Under the pieces are notes generated by a model that did not search any database, had not been told where the DNA came from, and saw nothing but the letters and a program-made list of their open reading frames with translations. Shown one piece after another: positions 51,501-64,000 of a DNA stretch of 64,000 nt; positions within the stretch are counted from its first letter, which is position 1, and every line of letters begins with the position of its first letter. The translations under genes and the position numbers were made by a program. This stretch comes from Takakia lepidozioides (lineage: Eukaryota; Plantae; Bryophyta): contig CM060731.1 of assembly GCA_030704615.1 (NCBI GenBank), forward strand, positions 16,678,001-16,742,000. Reading direction: 5' to 3'.

Positions 51501-54500
51501 GTTGCTCTGCCTCTGTGTGCTCTCTTTCCATTTGAGCTGAGTTTGGTGATTCCTGCATAAAAGTACAAAGCAAGCAAACTTTACCTCTGACACAAGCCGC
51601 AACTGAGAACAAGAAAACATAGACAGCAAGACAAACAATTTCAATCTTGCTCAATGTACACAGACTGGATCTCAATTATTCCATACCTCTACTACCCCTA
51701 TAGTTACTTTTTCAAGAGTTGACTGTTGCAATGGTGATAGTAATGTAAAAATGACGGTAATAGGCATATTCCAGTAGAAATGAGTATGTTAGTATAACAT
51801 AGGATTCAGGTAAAGAGGGTGGACTAAACCCAAACCCTCATTTTAGACCTGGCAGGTCCCAAACGCTCCTCACAATCAACTCTGACAGAATATGGAAACC
51901 TGTACACGAAACTAAACGATGACAGATAATTTGGTCTTCAGTTTACAGGGGCAAGCCAGAAAGAGCTGCTCCCTGTTTCCTGTTTCAGGTTCTCCTTTTT
52001 CCTTCCTCCTTGGACACCTAAATGAAATCAAGCAGAACATAGGAATATAGTTGTAAATCCACTTACAGGAACACTTCGTGCATCCCTGTGGTCACCATTT
52101 GCAAGGTAGCCATTTTCTGGAGGTCGCTGAGATCCAAAAACCAAGCCTCCCAGATCTAAACTTGTCAGCACTGACCGTGAGGGTTTCTAATACTTTGGCA
52201 AAAATAGCCGCATTTCTTGTTCTGACAACCAATTCTAACAGTGAGAATAGGTTCTACACGTTAGCTGCACATATGTATGCTGTCAAGCACCATGCATTCA
52301 GCAAGCCAAATGTCTGTCCACAGGACTTCCACTCAAAAAAGCTACGAGAGTATAACCTGGAAAACAGTGCTTTTGAATCGGTTGGAAAGTCCTTTGGTGG
52401 GGGAGAGGACAAGGGTCTGTTGACGCAGCACTTGATTTTCTGATTCCATGTTCGAGAGCTTTTCTTCCAATCTGTGCATTTAACCAACCACAAGGACATG
52501 CAAATATAATACCAGTGATAACATTGTAGCACATTACGGATGCATATGGATCCTGCATAGTGGAAAATGCAGAAGAGAGAAAATTTCATCCAAATGTAGC
52601 TGAATCTTTGTCATGAAAGACCTGAATTGCACAAACTATGAGAATGGCCATTGATCACATTATATAAGGTATCGATGAGGAAACAGACTGAAGATAGCAT
52701 AAGAAAGTGACTGCTGACAGCAACACTGCAAACCTTTGGAGAGCCTCCTGTGTTTGATCAACCTTAGCTTCTGCTTCCTCTGCCCTCCGCAATCTCTCTT
52801 CTCTCTTTTTGGCTTGCACAAATTTATCCTCAACTTCAGCTGCCCTTTTCTCAAGAGAATCCACCAGAGTCTGTCACACAACCCAAGCAACCAGTCCACG
52901 TTTTCAGTTGATAAATGAACTATCTATGACCAGGAAGGGGAGAAAAGAGTACATTCAGCAATGCATTTCTACCATGTTTCACAGAGGTCTGGACAAATAT
53001 GCTACTGAAAATCAGGTCTATCAATTGAACCTGCTGAGTTAAACCCTGGGTGGGGTCACTAGAAGCTAATTGCAAGGAAATTCCTACAACTTCAGTGTCT
53101 GTGCCCCACTCTCTTCTTTTATCTGCTCTGACCAAACTGGACACAAGGGTGACATCTAATGAGTACCATCACTTGCTGTCTCGACCACTTCCAATCTCTT
53201 TGTAATCCCCAAGGACAGACAGAAAGAGTACCTTGAGCCTTTCATTTTCACTTTTAACCTTCTCCAGCTTAGCATCCACAACTTCCACAGCAGAAACTTC
53301 CTTGGCAGCCATAGCAGCTTGCCCAAGAGCAACCTTGTTGGTCGCACGCTCTTTGGTAAGCTGCGTGTTTGCAGCCTCAGCCTGCATCTGCATCTCCTGC
53401 AAAGCTGCCTGCAGCTTTGCAACTTCTTGTGCCTTGGATTCTTCCAAGTCTGTCTGCAAAGGTCATCCATTTTAGTATGAGAGCCATGAGAACCAACATG
53501 TGAAAACATATCATTGCATAAAAAGATGAAAGAGGTCTTAAACAACCACAGTACAAGCTGAAACGTTCTCGAAAATTGACAGGACCACGGTCAGCACAAC
53601 ATAGAGAAAACATAATGCCTGTGCAGCAGACAGAGAAGGAGAGTTAGACTTGAGATTGCCGCCGATCCAGCAGCACCATAACCATCTCACTGCCCGTTGC
53701 GAAGACTCACCCGCATGCGCTTCTCAAGCTGCAGGCGCCATGTGAGCTCCTCACATCGCTTTTCCAACTTTGTCTTTGCTTCTTGCAATGCTCCTGTTTC
53801 CTTTGCAGCCTATTACAAGTAAAAATCAATCAGGGAATCAATCAACAGCAAGATTTACGAATATGCAACAAAGACCAACAACTCTGACTTGCCAAACATT
53901 AGCATGACCGTGATACTCAAGCGAAAAATGTGCAACCCATAGCCTTGCCACCAAACACCACATGCCCGCTTTGGACAGACAATAGGTGGGAGGGAGCAAA
54001 AGGGCAGAAGAAGACCATTAAGGAGTGAATACTATGTGGATTCCAAGCACTAGTACTAGCAGGTATGTTAAATGAGCTTGATTAGGAACTGCATGATTTT
54101 GTCAAACAGCCCTTTTCCATTGCATGAAGTGGATGCCAGCAAAGCACCAAAGACGAGAAGCATTCTTATCAAGGAGCTGAGGAATGAAATGTCCTGTATC
54201 TCACCATTTTAAGCTTTTTAAGCTCTCTCCTTGCAATCCGACCTCGCCAAGCACACTGGATAGTGATGGCGGCCCTCCGCAACTTGGTATAATGCAATTG
54301 GTCCTTGTGCCCACGCCAACGCGTCTACATGAACATGGATGTGAGGATTAAGAAATTTGGTATGGTTCTTTGCAATAGAGAAGCCCTGCTAATAAGCCAT
54401 TTACTCTGCCAGTTTCAGAAACATACAAGAGTTGCAGGACAACCAATTTCTAACAGATTGTCATATAGAGTGATTGCAGTGCAGCAACTGATAGTTTTAC

Positions 54501-57500
54501 AGCTGCAGTCAAGCTGGCAAAACCCCCACATAAAAAAATAATCACAACATGCATCTCCAATTCTAAGAATGCTTGTAAGAATAAATAGACAGAATAGAGA
54601 GTGAAGAGCCTGTTAAAGCTGAACTGACTGTACATGGTCCAGCATGTACCCACACACTCTCACAGACCTGGATGATGGTTGCAGCTTTGGTCTGCCTCAT
54701 AAAACGGAAATCCTTGCGGGCAGCCATCCCCCTAACTCCAGCCTGTATGGCAATGGTAGCTCGCCGCGTCCGTGTGAACTTCGACCGAGAGCTCCACCTT
54801 CGCAAATATTTTTGAATGCGAATTGCTGCTGCCTCCTGTCGCATCCTCTCATACAACTTGCGGGAAAGCCTTCCTGTGTGCACGGAAAGACTTGGATTTC
54901 AAATCCATCTATTTATAGGGAGCTACCCCAGAACCAACTTTTAAAGCCAAAACCTATCTCACAATCTTCGGAAGCAACCAGAAGAAGTGCGAGAAGCCAG
55001 GGGAGAGCAGTTCAGCAAACAAAACCCCTGCATAAGAGTGAGAATAACAGGAACCAGATGCGAAAAGCCCTTTATCACAGCCTTGGCATGCCAAGAAGCT
55101 CCCAGGCCGCTGGAGTAGCAATAAAGAAATAACTAAGGACACAGGAAGCACAGCACACCCAGCTACCATAGAATCTTGGGGAACTTGCACCGCAATCCTG
55201 AAACAGTGCCTGTGGGGCATCAGGCCAAAATTGAAAGTAGGCTGCCTTTAGCCAACAAGCAAGGACAAGGGAACCTATGTTACAACTAAAACCCAACTCA
55301 CATTATTTGTCCCTTCCTCCAAATCAAGGGGGAAGGAAAAAAACAGTTTCCCCTGAATAACAATACTACAAGGAAACGAAAACAAAATTAACACGAAATC
55401 AAGAAACATACCTCGCCAATGAGCCTGTATAGTGATAGCAGCCTTGCGCATGGCAGCAAAATGCCGGCGTGCTAGGAAAGTGCGGACTTGGCGTTGGATC
55501 TTCTTGGCTGCATTGCTCAACACCTCAGCCCTTTGACTATCAAGCTCTGCCATTTGGCCTGCTCTTAGAAACACCTTTGTCTTGCCCACCTGTCCAAGAA
55601 ATAGGTCCTGGCTTAGCAATTGATGCATATTCTCCTGTGCACCAAATGTTAAATTATACGTCCAAATCAGTAAACACGGCACTTTTACACTACTCCATAA
55701 TACATGTTTACAGAATGAGCACAACCCTTCAAATTTACCATTTCTCCACATAATATACCTGATAATTTGAAAGATTCATTTTCTTCAAAAGCTTTTCCGT
55801 AGCAGCCTTCTCCTCATTACTGGCCAGACACCAAATCAAAATGCCAATAAATCTTAGAAGAAAGCTTGCTCCATGAATGAAGGACAACTGTGAGACAATG
55901 AGGAACACACATAGGGGACTACCAAATTGGAATGATTTCATCCTCAATCCAGTACTAAATGCCCTAGAAAAACTAGATGATATCGTAACTTTCTTAGAAA
56001 GCGCTTAGAATTTATTAACTCACTTGCCCTCAAGAACCTCTGGAGCCAAAAGGCCAAAACGATCCAGAAACTCATAAAACGTACGCCTTGTTGGGTACCC
56101 TGCACAGCTAATTCTCACCGCCTCCAACACCCCCTGCATCCATTTGTCACCCGGATGTAGCAACTCAGACGCATTCACGAGTCAATTCAGGTTTTTCACT
56201 AAAATGCAAAAGTGCACTGAACGCGTGGCATGGGGAAATTCTTACCCTCTCACAGATATACAATGCAGGGAGGAACTACCACTTCCATTCCACCGCAAGA
56301 CATGCAAAAATGTATTGAAAGCACTAAACCGTAAAACCAAACTATTAATTGGGCACATATGGATGGCATACGTACTCCACAGCGAAGCTGCTGCAAAACA
56401 TTCAAATTTTCGAAACGACCCGGTTTGTTCAACATATTGGGCTTCACACATCGTATGTAGTGAGGCTCTGTTGTGCTCAGGGTCTCCATCAGTGCTTGTA
56501 GTTGTTGCTGCACAACATCCCATAACAGAACATACAGACAGGTATCAGAAATATCTGGTCAATCAGAGGCAATGATGATATGAAGCTTTCACCTCAATTT
56601 GAAGCCGTGAAGCTAAAACACAACATTGAAGTACTTCATAAAACAGAAAAAGAAAAACAGAACTCAACTTGTCATATGATTAAACCAAAGGGACCATACT
56701 TGCCATCATCAACAAATTCAGCATCGTCTTCAAGAGGAAAGATTACATTCTCCATTCGGTCTCATTATGTACAAGCAGAGACATAGGAAAGCTTTGCCTT
56801 GGTTTGGTTTCACAAACCTTAAAACGGGTACCGATGGAGGAAAACTTGTATGAAGACTTGGAATTATCATCAACAGATGGAGGAAAAAGCTTAGCAACAA
56901 AAGGACACTTTGATGATCCCAACAGCGCCTGATGCTCAGCAACTACGTAGTCCTTGTTCTTTTCCAGGAACAAGTCAGTCTGGTATGTGACCTGCAAAAC
57001 CCAAATAAAGTAAGGTAATTAGTTAGGGAGAGAAGAGACCATTAAGATCATGGACCAACAATGAGTTTCCTCCACTTTCCTGGTGGGTGTGGTAGCAATT
57101 GTCCATGACGTTAACACCATCCCTCCGTATGGACCCACATGATATGGATTCACATCTAATGAGTAATCATTGGAAATAAAAACCCCCCATCTATATTTCT
57201 GGGCACCTTTACTTATGCAGGCACTTTTATTCCAGACCTACTGTCTGAAGGGTGGCCTGGTTAAAGTTATTTGGATAACAAAAATAAAGAAGAATGTCAG
57301 AAACACGCAAAAACCTCAACATACGTTGCAGCAAGTTGAAACACAAGGAGCAAGACCATGATATTCTACATTACTGGATTACAAAATGTTAGAAAGGCCC
57401 CAAGCAACATCTCGTACATGACTTTGAGGACAAGATAACATGAAGGTACTAGTGGATGCTACGTACATCACCAGCATAATGACTGATGGTGAAGTCAGTG

Positions 57501-60500
57501 CGAGCAAGCTTTGGTGTGCTGAAGCGCTTGTTGTTTCTGTAGCTTTGAAACAATTTGGTTGCAAATGTCTCATGGGTTGACTTCGGGAACATACTGTAAA
57601 CAAAAACCATCAGTATCTGTGTGTTGATTGGCTGCTGCTCAATTGGCCTATTTCCCTTCATTTCTTCAACATCTTGCATATAAGATTTCCCCGCAATCAG
57701 AAATAAGGGAGCTTTCGTATTTTCTGATAAATAAGAGAAGGATTCTACCTCAAACTGGAAAAGCACAAGTAGGCCCCACAAGTTTCCCACACGCTACCAG
57801 CAGCACATTGGGTACTTGAGCACTTCCAAATTTTAGACCTGACAAGCTAACCTAATCGGCCATACAAGTTCAGCCATGTTATGGTGGTACATACTGACAT
57901 ATCAAGCTTCCAATAAGGTGAATCATGCACTCAATGTTGTAAAATCTGATCAGTTTCCCATGTATGTTGTCTAGCAAAAAGCAATGGGCGTTATGGAAAG
58001 TGCCTACCAGGCTTCGTCGAGGAGAGCAATGATCCCTGATGGTTTCTGCATACCAAGGAGCATAGTACACAGCTAAGCAGAATGCCACAGATGTTCACAA
58101 GCATCTAGACATGCATTCCACTGAAATATTCTTACCAATAGTTGTTACGCAGGTGAGTACGCTCAATGCAACAGTTTGAATCAATGTGTGTCCAAAAGAA
58201 CTTTCTGCCCCAATGGAAGGTCCTGCTTAAACATGGTGTCTAAGATGCTGTGCAGCACAGATCAAAACTGAACCAACCAGCAAGGTGGCTATAAAACACT
58301 GTCACATAAAGATCAGTAAGGAGGATTTCATGCACCACTGGGTAGTGCAAAGAGATCATAAAAAGCGTGGTAACTCACCTTCTCAATAAGGTCTAACACA
58401 TCTTGATTATCAACAAAATCAATGTAGCTCCAATTAATTGCTTCCTTGGTATATTCATCTTGCTCCATCTTGAAGACATGCTGTGTGCGCACATCCAGTC
58501 TAAATAAGAACCACATTTGTCTTTTCCTCGAGCACAGCAATCGTAGCCTGTCACTTAGTCATTTAGAGAATCATGCATGAAGGAGGTAAGGTGCAACAGA
58601 AGGAAAGTCCACAATTCAAAAACCAACCTTCATTAGAAAGAGCAGAAACCCATACCCTTAAAACCATATGAGAAGCTTTTCTCTCTAACTTCTTGATAGA
58701 GATTGTGGGTGCACAACTAGCTCACCAACCTGATTGAAATGCTGCTGAAGCTTCTCATTTGCAAGATTGATACAGAATTGCTCAAAACTGTAACAACGAA
58801 CAGCATAGCCATTAGACAACACTGCAGTGACGCTCAACAATTTTAGTCTCCTGGAAACGCAATGGAAACTCAAAGGAAGTCCTGAGCTCTCAAGGCTCCA
58901 ATCAAGACTGGTAATAGGGCCCTCACAACAAACAGATTTATCATCATTTCTCTAATGTAATTGCCAAGATGGTTGAGTCGTACCTGTTGCCCTTGAAACT
59001 CTCAAACCCATAGATATCCAGCACTCCAACCAGATATGGGGAATCAGGATCTTGACCAATGGATTTGTTGACCTTATCCACCAACCTGCAAGCCCATGAT
59101 GAACCATGTTAAGGGTTTTGGGTACAATAAGAACAAATACTGCAGTGAAAACAAGGCAATATAGGTTGCAGAAGTACATTTCAGTTTGGATATTAACTAT
59201 GCAAATCCGATATATCCATAGAGGTCCATAAGAAAAGGCTATAGATTAAATCACAGAACTCCTTAATGATCACTCAGTCTCTTTACCAATCAAACAAACG
59301 TGAGTAGACTGTCTTTGCCAGAGCATCACGGTTGATCGTCGCAGCATCTGTGTCCAAAGTCTTTGTGATGTTGCCATCACGTGTAACAATAACACGCGTG
59401 CAGAGCGAGTCCAAAAGGCCCTTTGGATCACACCTAGGCAAAAATCAAAAGTGATCACACTCGTCAAAGAAGTACAGCTAAGAAATGAGAACAAACCATA
59501 ACATTTGCCGTAGCTCTCAGCACCTGACGAGGGATACAGGGAGTTGTTTCCTGATATGTGGAGAAGTGGAAGTGGATTTGCAAGTACAGGTTTTCTGTAA
59601 GCAGGCAAAAATAAACAAACACACACTCTGATAATGTGGAAGCCAAGTTGACAACACCATAATAAACTGAAATTGATGACACCCCAACATGCATATAATA
59701 ATTGCCTGTATTTATCTTTCTGCATACAGAAGGCACCTTCTAAGCGATTATGATTTGGTGAGTGAACCTGAACTCACTTGAGCAGCTCTGAGGCAGCTTG
59801 AAGGTGATATTTCGATGTCTCATCCTTGAGCTTTGATGAGTCTGACTCCACCCCTGGACTGAACTCAATGTTTCCCAAATGCAAGATGGAAGCAACCACC
59901 CGGAAGATGGCTTCCTGATCATCGAATAGGAAAATGGCTTGATGCAGTTAGCTTCAACAGATGTCCAAGAACACAATATACTGGATAGAAAAACTAAGAA
60001 TCTAGCTTCTGGAACCTACTAAAGCATTGAGTACTTCAAATCTACCATAAATTCCCCATTAGAATGTACTCATAAGACGTTGTTTGCCTTAGCCTTGTGG
60101 TCATTGACCCCGCGCCCAGTTTGAGCGGAAACCAAAGGGACAGACCTACCTCTGTCAGGGGATGACATTGGTAGTAAGACTTACCTTTATACATAGAATT
60201 GATTCGGGTTTTCCAGATATCCTCTAGAAAACTCCCCATTAGAGATGAAGTCCCAGCTTAGGATTATGCCCCTCAAGGAAGTGAGTAGATAGAGGATACC
60301 TGCTCTTCCGGGTTGATACCAACAATGTCCATGGCTCTTCGCGTTTTTGCATACTCTCGGCTATTGTTCACGCCATTCAACTCAAAACAACTGCTTTGGT
60401 TCAAATAATGAAAACTCTTTGCCTCCCCCAATTTGTACTTCTCACAGTCCTGATGGAAATAAAGCACATGCAGAAAAACCATGAACATTCATAAACTAGT

Positions 60501-63500
60501 CAACCACTTTCAAATACAGTAAAATCACACATAATAGAAACCAGGGCATCAACACTTGCTACACGCCTAGATGACCTACACCGTAAGATGGTCGCTGCAC
60601 AACTTTTCCTCTGTTTGAGACGACTCAGACAGTCAGTTATCAAGTAAGCCCCACAACTCGACCAACACTGCAGTAGCAACCAAAATCTACTTCCCTCCAT
60701 CCCTCTGCCCCAAACCGGATGCAGGGGGTCTATGGCCACAAGTATGGCTGCAGCTGTATAATCAGACGATCATCTCTCTCTTCATGTGAAGGCTAAGTGT
60801 CGGGCACACTGCTCACTGAGCTTTGCCTTCAAGAGAATGTCAACAGGGCTGCGGCCAGAAAGGCTTGAGCAAAACCTTGCCTACATTTTGTTGGTCGAGC
60901 TCCCTATGCAGTTATAGGAAGCCATGGCTCATTTGCTGACACGAACAGGAAGTTACACTCAGCCCTTACATGTGCTTTGCAATTACTTGTTGCATGAACG
61001 GATATGCGCAACGTCGCAGACTGGTATGAAACTTTCAAGGTTCTGTGCAATGTCACACCTTTACTATTACTCTCTTGCAATCTTTCATAGATCTACATGT
61101 TGGACAGCGATAGCAAACGTGAAGACCTGCTACTCACCTCGTGCATCCTCACTAACACGCATTCTGTTGGATGTGGTGGTTTTTGGGACTGGCGCAGCTG
61201 AGGGTCCTTCACCTTTAATGGGTCTCTGAGCTATATGTGTAAGTTTTGCTACAGAGTACATCGGATATATGGTGGAAATCGCCTATCGCATGAGGCAACC
61301 ACTGCCTAGGACGAATGGTACAACGCTTGACGACAGCCTCATGTTTCTGTGAGGGAAATATTTTACAGGAGTAATCTACCCTTGGGATCTGATACCCGAG
61401 GGTTATGGAGACCCGTCTTGACTTGGATCACTCTCAGTTTACAGCCCAGCTTTCATTTTGAATACTGTGTTTATTTTGTATTAAGACATGGCAGTACACC
61501 CCATTCAGGCTATGGTGGAAGACTTGGATTTGTCTCAGTTTTGAGACATGATTTTCAGTGGAGTATTTGTGTTGATGCTACTTTGATGAAACCGAATTAT
61601 CCTCATAGAGAAGTACTATGCTCAGACATTTACTGTGGGAGAAATCTCTATGGTTTCAAGCAAGCACTGGTTTCCGTAAGTAAAGGCTGAAGCTGACTTT
61701 GGAGGTCGCTGACCAACAGTCCACATGCTAAAAAGCACGAATTTCAGTTTTCTGGAAATCCCAGTATGACAGTACAGTGAACATGGTCTGTCACTATGAA
61801 GAAAGGGTGGTTTTTGAAGGGTTTCTACCAATCCCCACCACCAATCACCCAGAAGTGTGAAACAAATCAGGAGCAAGACTGGTATAGGAGAAGGGTGATG
61901 GTGCCTTGCAATGCAAGGTGGTTTTGTCCTGGTTTTCTTTTTTAAAACAACCTTTCTGATCTGGTCAAGTCCTGACAGATCCTTCCTTGTCGTGACAAGG
62001 CAAGCCCATCTCTCTTAGGGTGGGGATCCTACCTTTGAACAATAAACAGATGCAGAGAGGAAAAGGAGATTGTAATTGCCCAATGTGCAGGCAACACTTT
62101 CTGATACATTGTCCGGAGCATTCACCAGAGAGTGACCCTCTTCAGGGTTCCTGCACCTCTGTTCACCAACTTTCAAAATCTCGAGACTCAGCCTAAAGCC
62201 CTGGCCCTGTTGGGGTCTACCTTTTGGGCTGGTACACACAGCAGATTGATGCTTGTGTGAAGGGTTCTTAGAGGACCTGTTCTTTGAGCACATGCAGCTT
62301 GGGTGGCACATTTTAATCTTCACAGCATAGGAAAATGCTAGGCACAACTATAGATACGTCCAACCTTGCGGAAAAGGCCAGTATCACCCCATGATTCCAA
62401 ACAAAAACAGTACATAATCTAGACATTGTTGAACAATAACATACCTCTGGTGATGCACACAACTGATAAAAGCAATGATAATTCCTTTCAGGATCGGCAA
62501 TCTGGACGACACGGGACCTCTCCAAAAGATACGTTCGAACGGCAGCCCCTGATATCCGGCCGCTTCGATCAAACTGAATCTCCACAAACTTACCGAAACG
62601 ACTGAATACAGCATCCACCATTGGCAACCAACAGACACACGTGTAAAAAAGTACGCTGTGCCTCTTTCATCTTTGCTTCAACATAATAACTTTACAGAAA
62701 TTTCAAAGTGGCTGAAAGGAGTGGGTCTATCGACAGAACTAAACATCTGTCACCACAAAAGAAAAACTGGACTTAATACAAGCCATACCTTGAGTTATCA
62801 TTGCGGACCGTTTTCGCATTTCCAAAAGCTTCAAGAAGTGGGTTGGACTGCAAGACACGCAATATAGCACATCCATTTTATGGTTAAAAGATCTACAGTA
62901 TCAGATTACTTCGCTAACACGGAGTGGTTGCATGTTGATGCACAGTCTCCCCCCCAAAGCCAAAGCCACTTTGCTTCCAGTGTCCATATTTGATCACAAC
63001 TCAAAGTTCGTTCCAAATACAACTCGCCTCCCAAACACATCCACAATGTAAGGTGAAAAAGCGAAACCTCGAGAACTTGTTGCTCTACTGTTCGGCCATC
63101 AGTAGCTGCCCGACCACCCATATAGGCCAAATACTGCATGATCAACTTTGTTGTCTCTGTCTTGCCTGCCCCACTCTCTCCACTCACCAGAATGGACTGG
63201 CTTTTCTTCTCATAAACCATTGCCCTGAGTGAATCATTCCATGTAACCCACGTAAGCACAGATTAGCACAGTGATGAACACTCTAGAGACTAGTCAAACC
63301 GCTCAATCTAAGCCAAAAGACTTACAAGTAGCTCCCACACACAATGAGAAATAAAGTTTTAGAGCAAATGGAGGCCTTAAAGGGACAGCTTTATTAACAG
63401 CTAAAATCAGTTCTAGTTGACTGACAAGGTTCATATTGTGATAAAGGGTCTCCTCACAAATCCAAACACAGTAATGTTAACCTCAGGCGCAGGAGAGGGA

Positions 63501-64000
63501 GAAGGAAACACTAAAAATCAGTACTTTTCAATACCTGTATGAGGAGTCAGCAACAGCAAACACATGAGGACTCAGTTCCCCCAAGGGTGCGCCTCTATAT
63601 TGCTCCATCATGTGATTGTCGTACAGATGTGGAAGCTTGGCAAATGGATTCACAGCAATCAAGATGTTGCCTGTGTAGGTCTGTCATTGCAAAGAAAAGA
63701 TTGAGATTGGCACTCCCATAAGAAAAAAGTAACATATTGCTACGCTTGCAAAACAAAGGCTGGCTATATAAGGTTAATGTTGCACCCCTGCACTCAGCCA
63801 AGTGTGGCACACCAAGAAAACAAAAGCAGAGATAGAGCGACTCACATAAATCTCATCCAGTTCATATCTACTGGCAAGATTGTACAAGACACCTGGCTCG
63901 TGGAGGTATGCCAGCTTTGTCATGTCATCCACTCCCACAGGCTGTGCATCGGGATCCTTTGATTGCACATTGACCACGGATGCAACCACCTGCAAGTCAC
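45535..64000 (-). CDS. myoXI: Class XI myosin, multi-exon; 5' end lies beyond the window
   Basis: Exons in order on the minus strand: [17 protein letters not shown] (~63850-63990), P-loop GESGAGKT (63158-63181), [70 protein letters not shown] repeats (~54200-55500), coiled coil, DIL/cargo domain ([40 protein letters not shown]), last exon 45535-45661. GT-AG introns. The paralogue cannot be assigned. Confidence 0.97.
46140..47730 (+). mobile_element. 5'-truncated LINE (RTEX-like RT + C-terminal CCHC) in a myosin intron, antisense to the gene
   Basis: [45 protein letters not shown]...CPLC...[10 protein letters not shown]. It lies between myosin exons at 45904-45986 and 47761-47842. The clade label is tentative. 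Confidence 0.9.
60060..60232 (-). mobile_element. 3'-end fragment of the same LINE family
   Basis: The reverse complement matches ~47570-47730 (CTAGAGGATATCTGGAAAACCCG...CAAACAACGTCTTATGAGTACA). Confidence 0.9.
62070..62280 (+). mobile_element. Older fragment of the same LINE family
   Basis: Matches ~47330-47580 (CACTTTCTGATACA, CACACAGCAGATTGATGCTTGTGTGAAGGG). Confidence 0.85.

Noticed and set aside
48700-63960. Numerous short plus-strand ORFs over the myosin gene
   Set aside because: They are antisense shadows of myosin exons and introns with no independent motifs.

Overview
Eukaryotic nuclear DNA from a land plant, most likely a non-seed plant (inferred from a many-intron class XI myosin, PLS-class PPR remnants and the retroelement types). 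The left ~45 kb is a nested graveyard of transposons and pseudogenes. The right ~18.5 kb is a myosin XI gene on the minus strand that runs off the window end and carries intronic LINE insertions. The main result is a degenerate Ty3/Gypsy LTR retrotransposon (~1.3-10.6 kb) whose polyprotein reads Gag-protease-DNMT3-like C5 cytosine methyltransferase-RT-RNaseH-integrase-PHD finger, i.e. it carries its own DNA-methylation writer and a histone reader. A nearby non-LTR element (~15.4-18.0 kb) carries, downstream of RT, a frameshifted chromodomain and a PCIF1/DIRS-type N6-adenine methyltransferase-like domain. Three LINE 3' ends (two with RNase H plus a restriction-like endonuclease, Dualen/RandI-like) share a covarying 3' RNA structure. 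Also present: two FCP1/NIF-phosphatase-like remnants, a kinase remnant between palindromic hairpin arrays, a ~550-nt foldback and several tandem duplications. All protein assignments come from motif recognition by eye; no database searches were run, and most boundaries are approximate.
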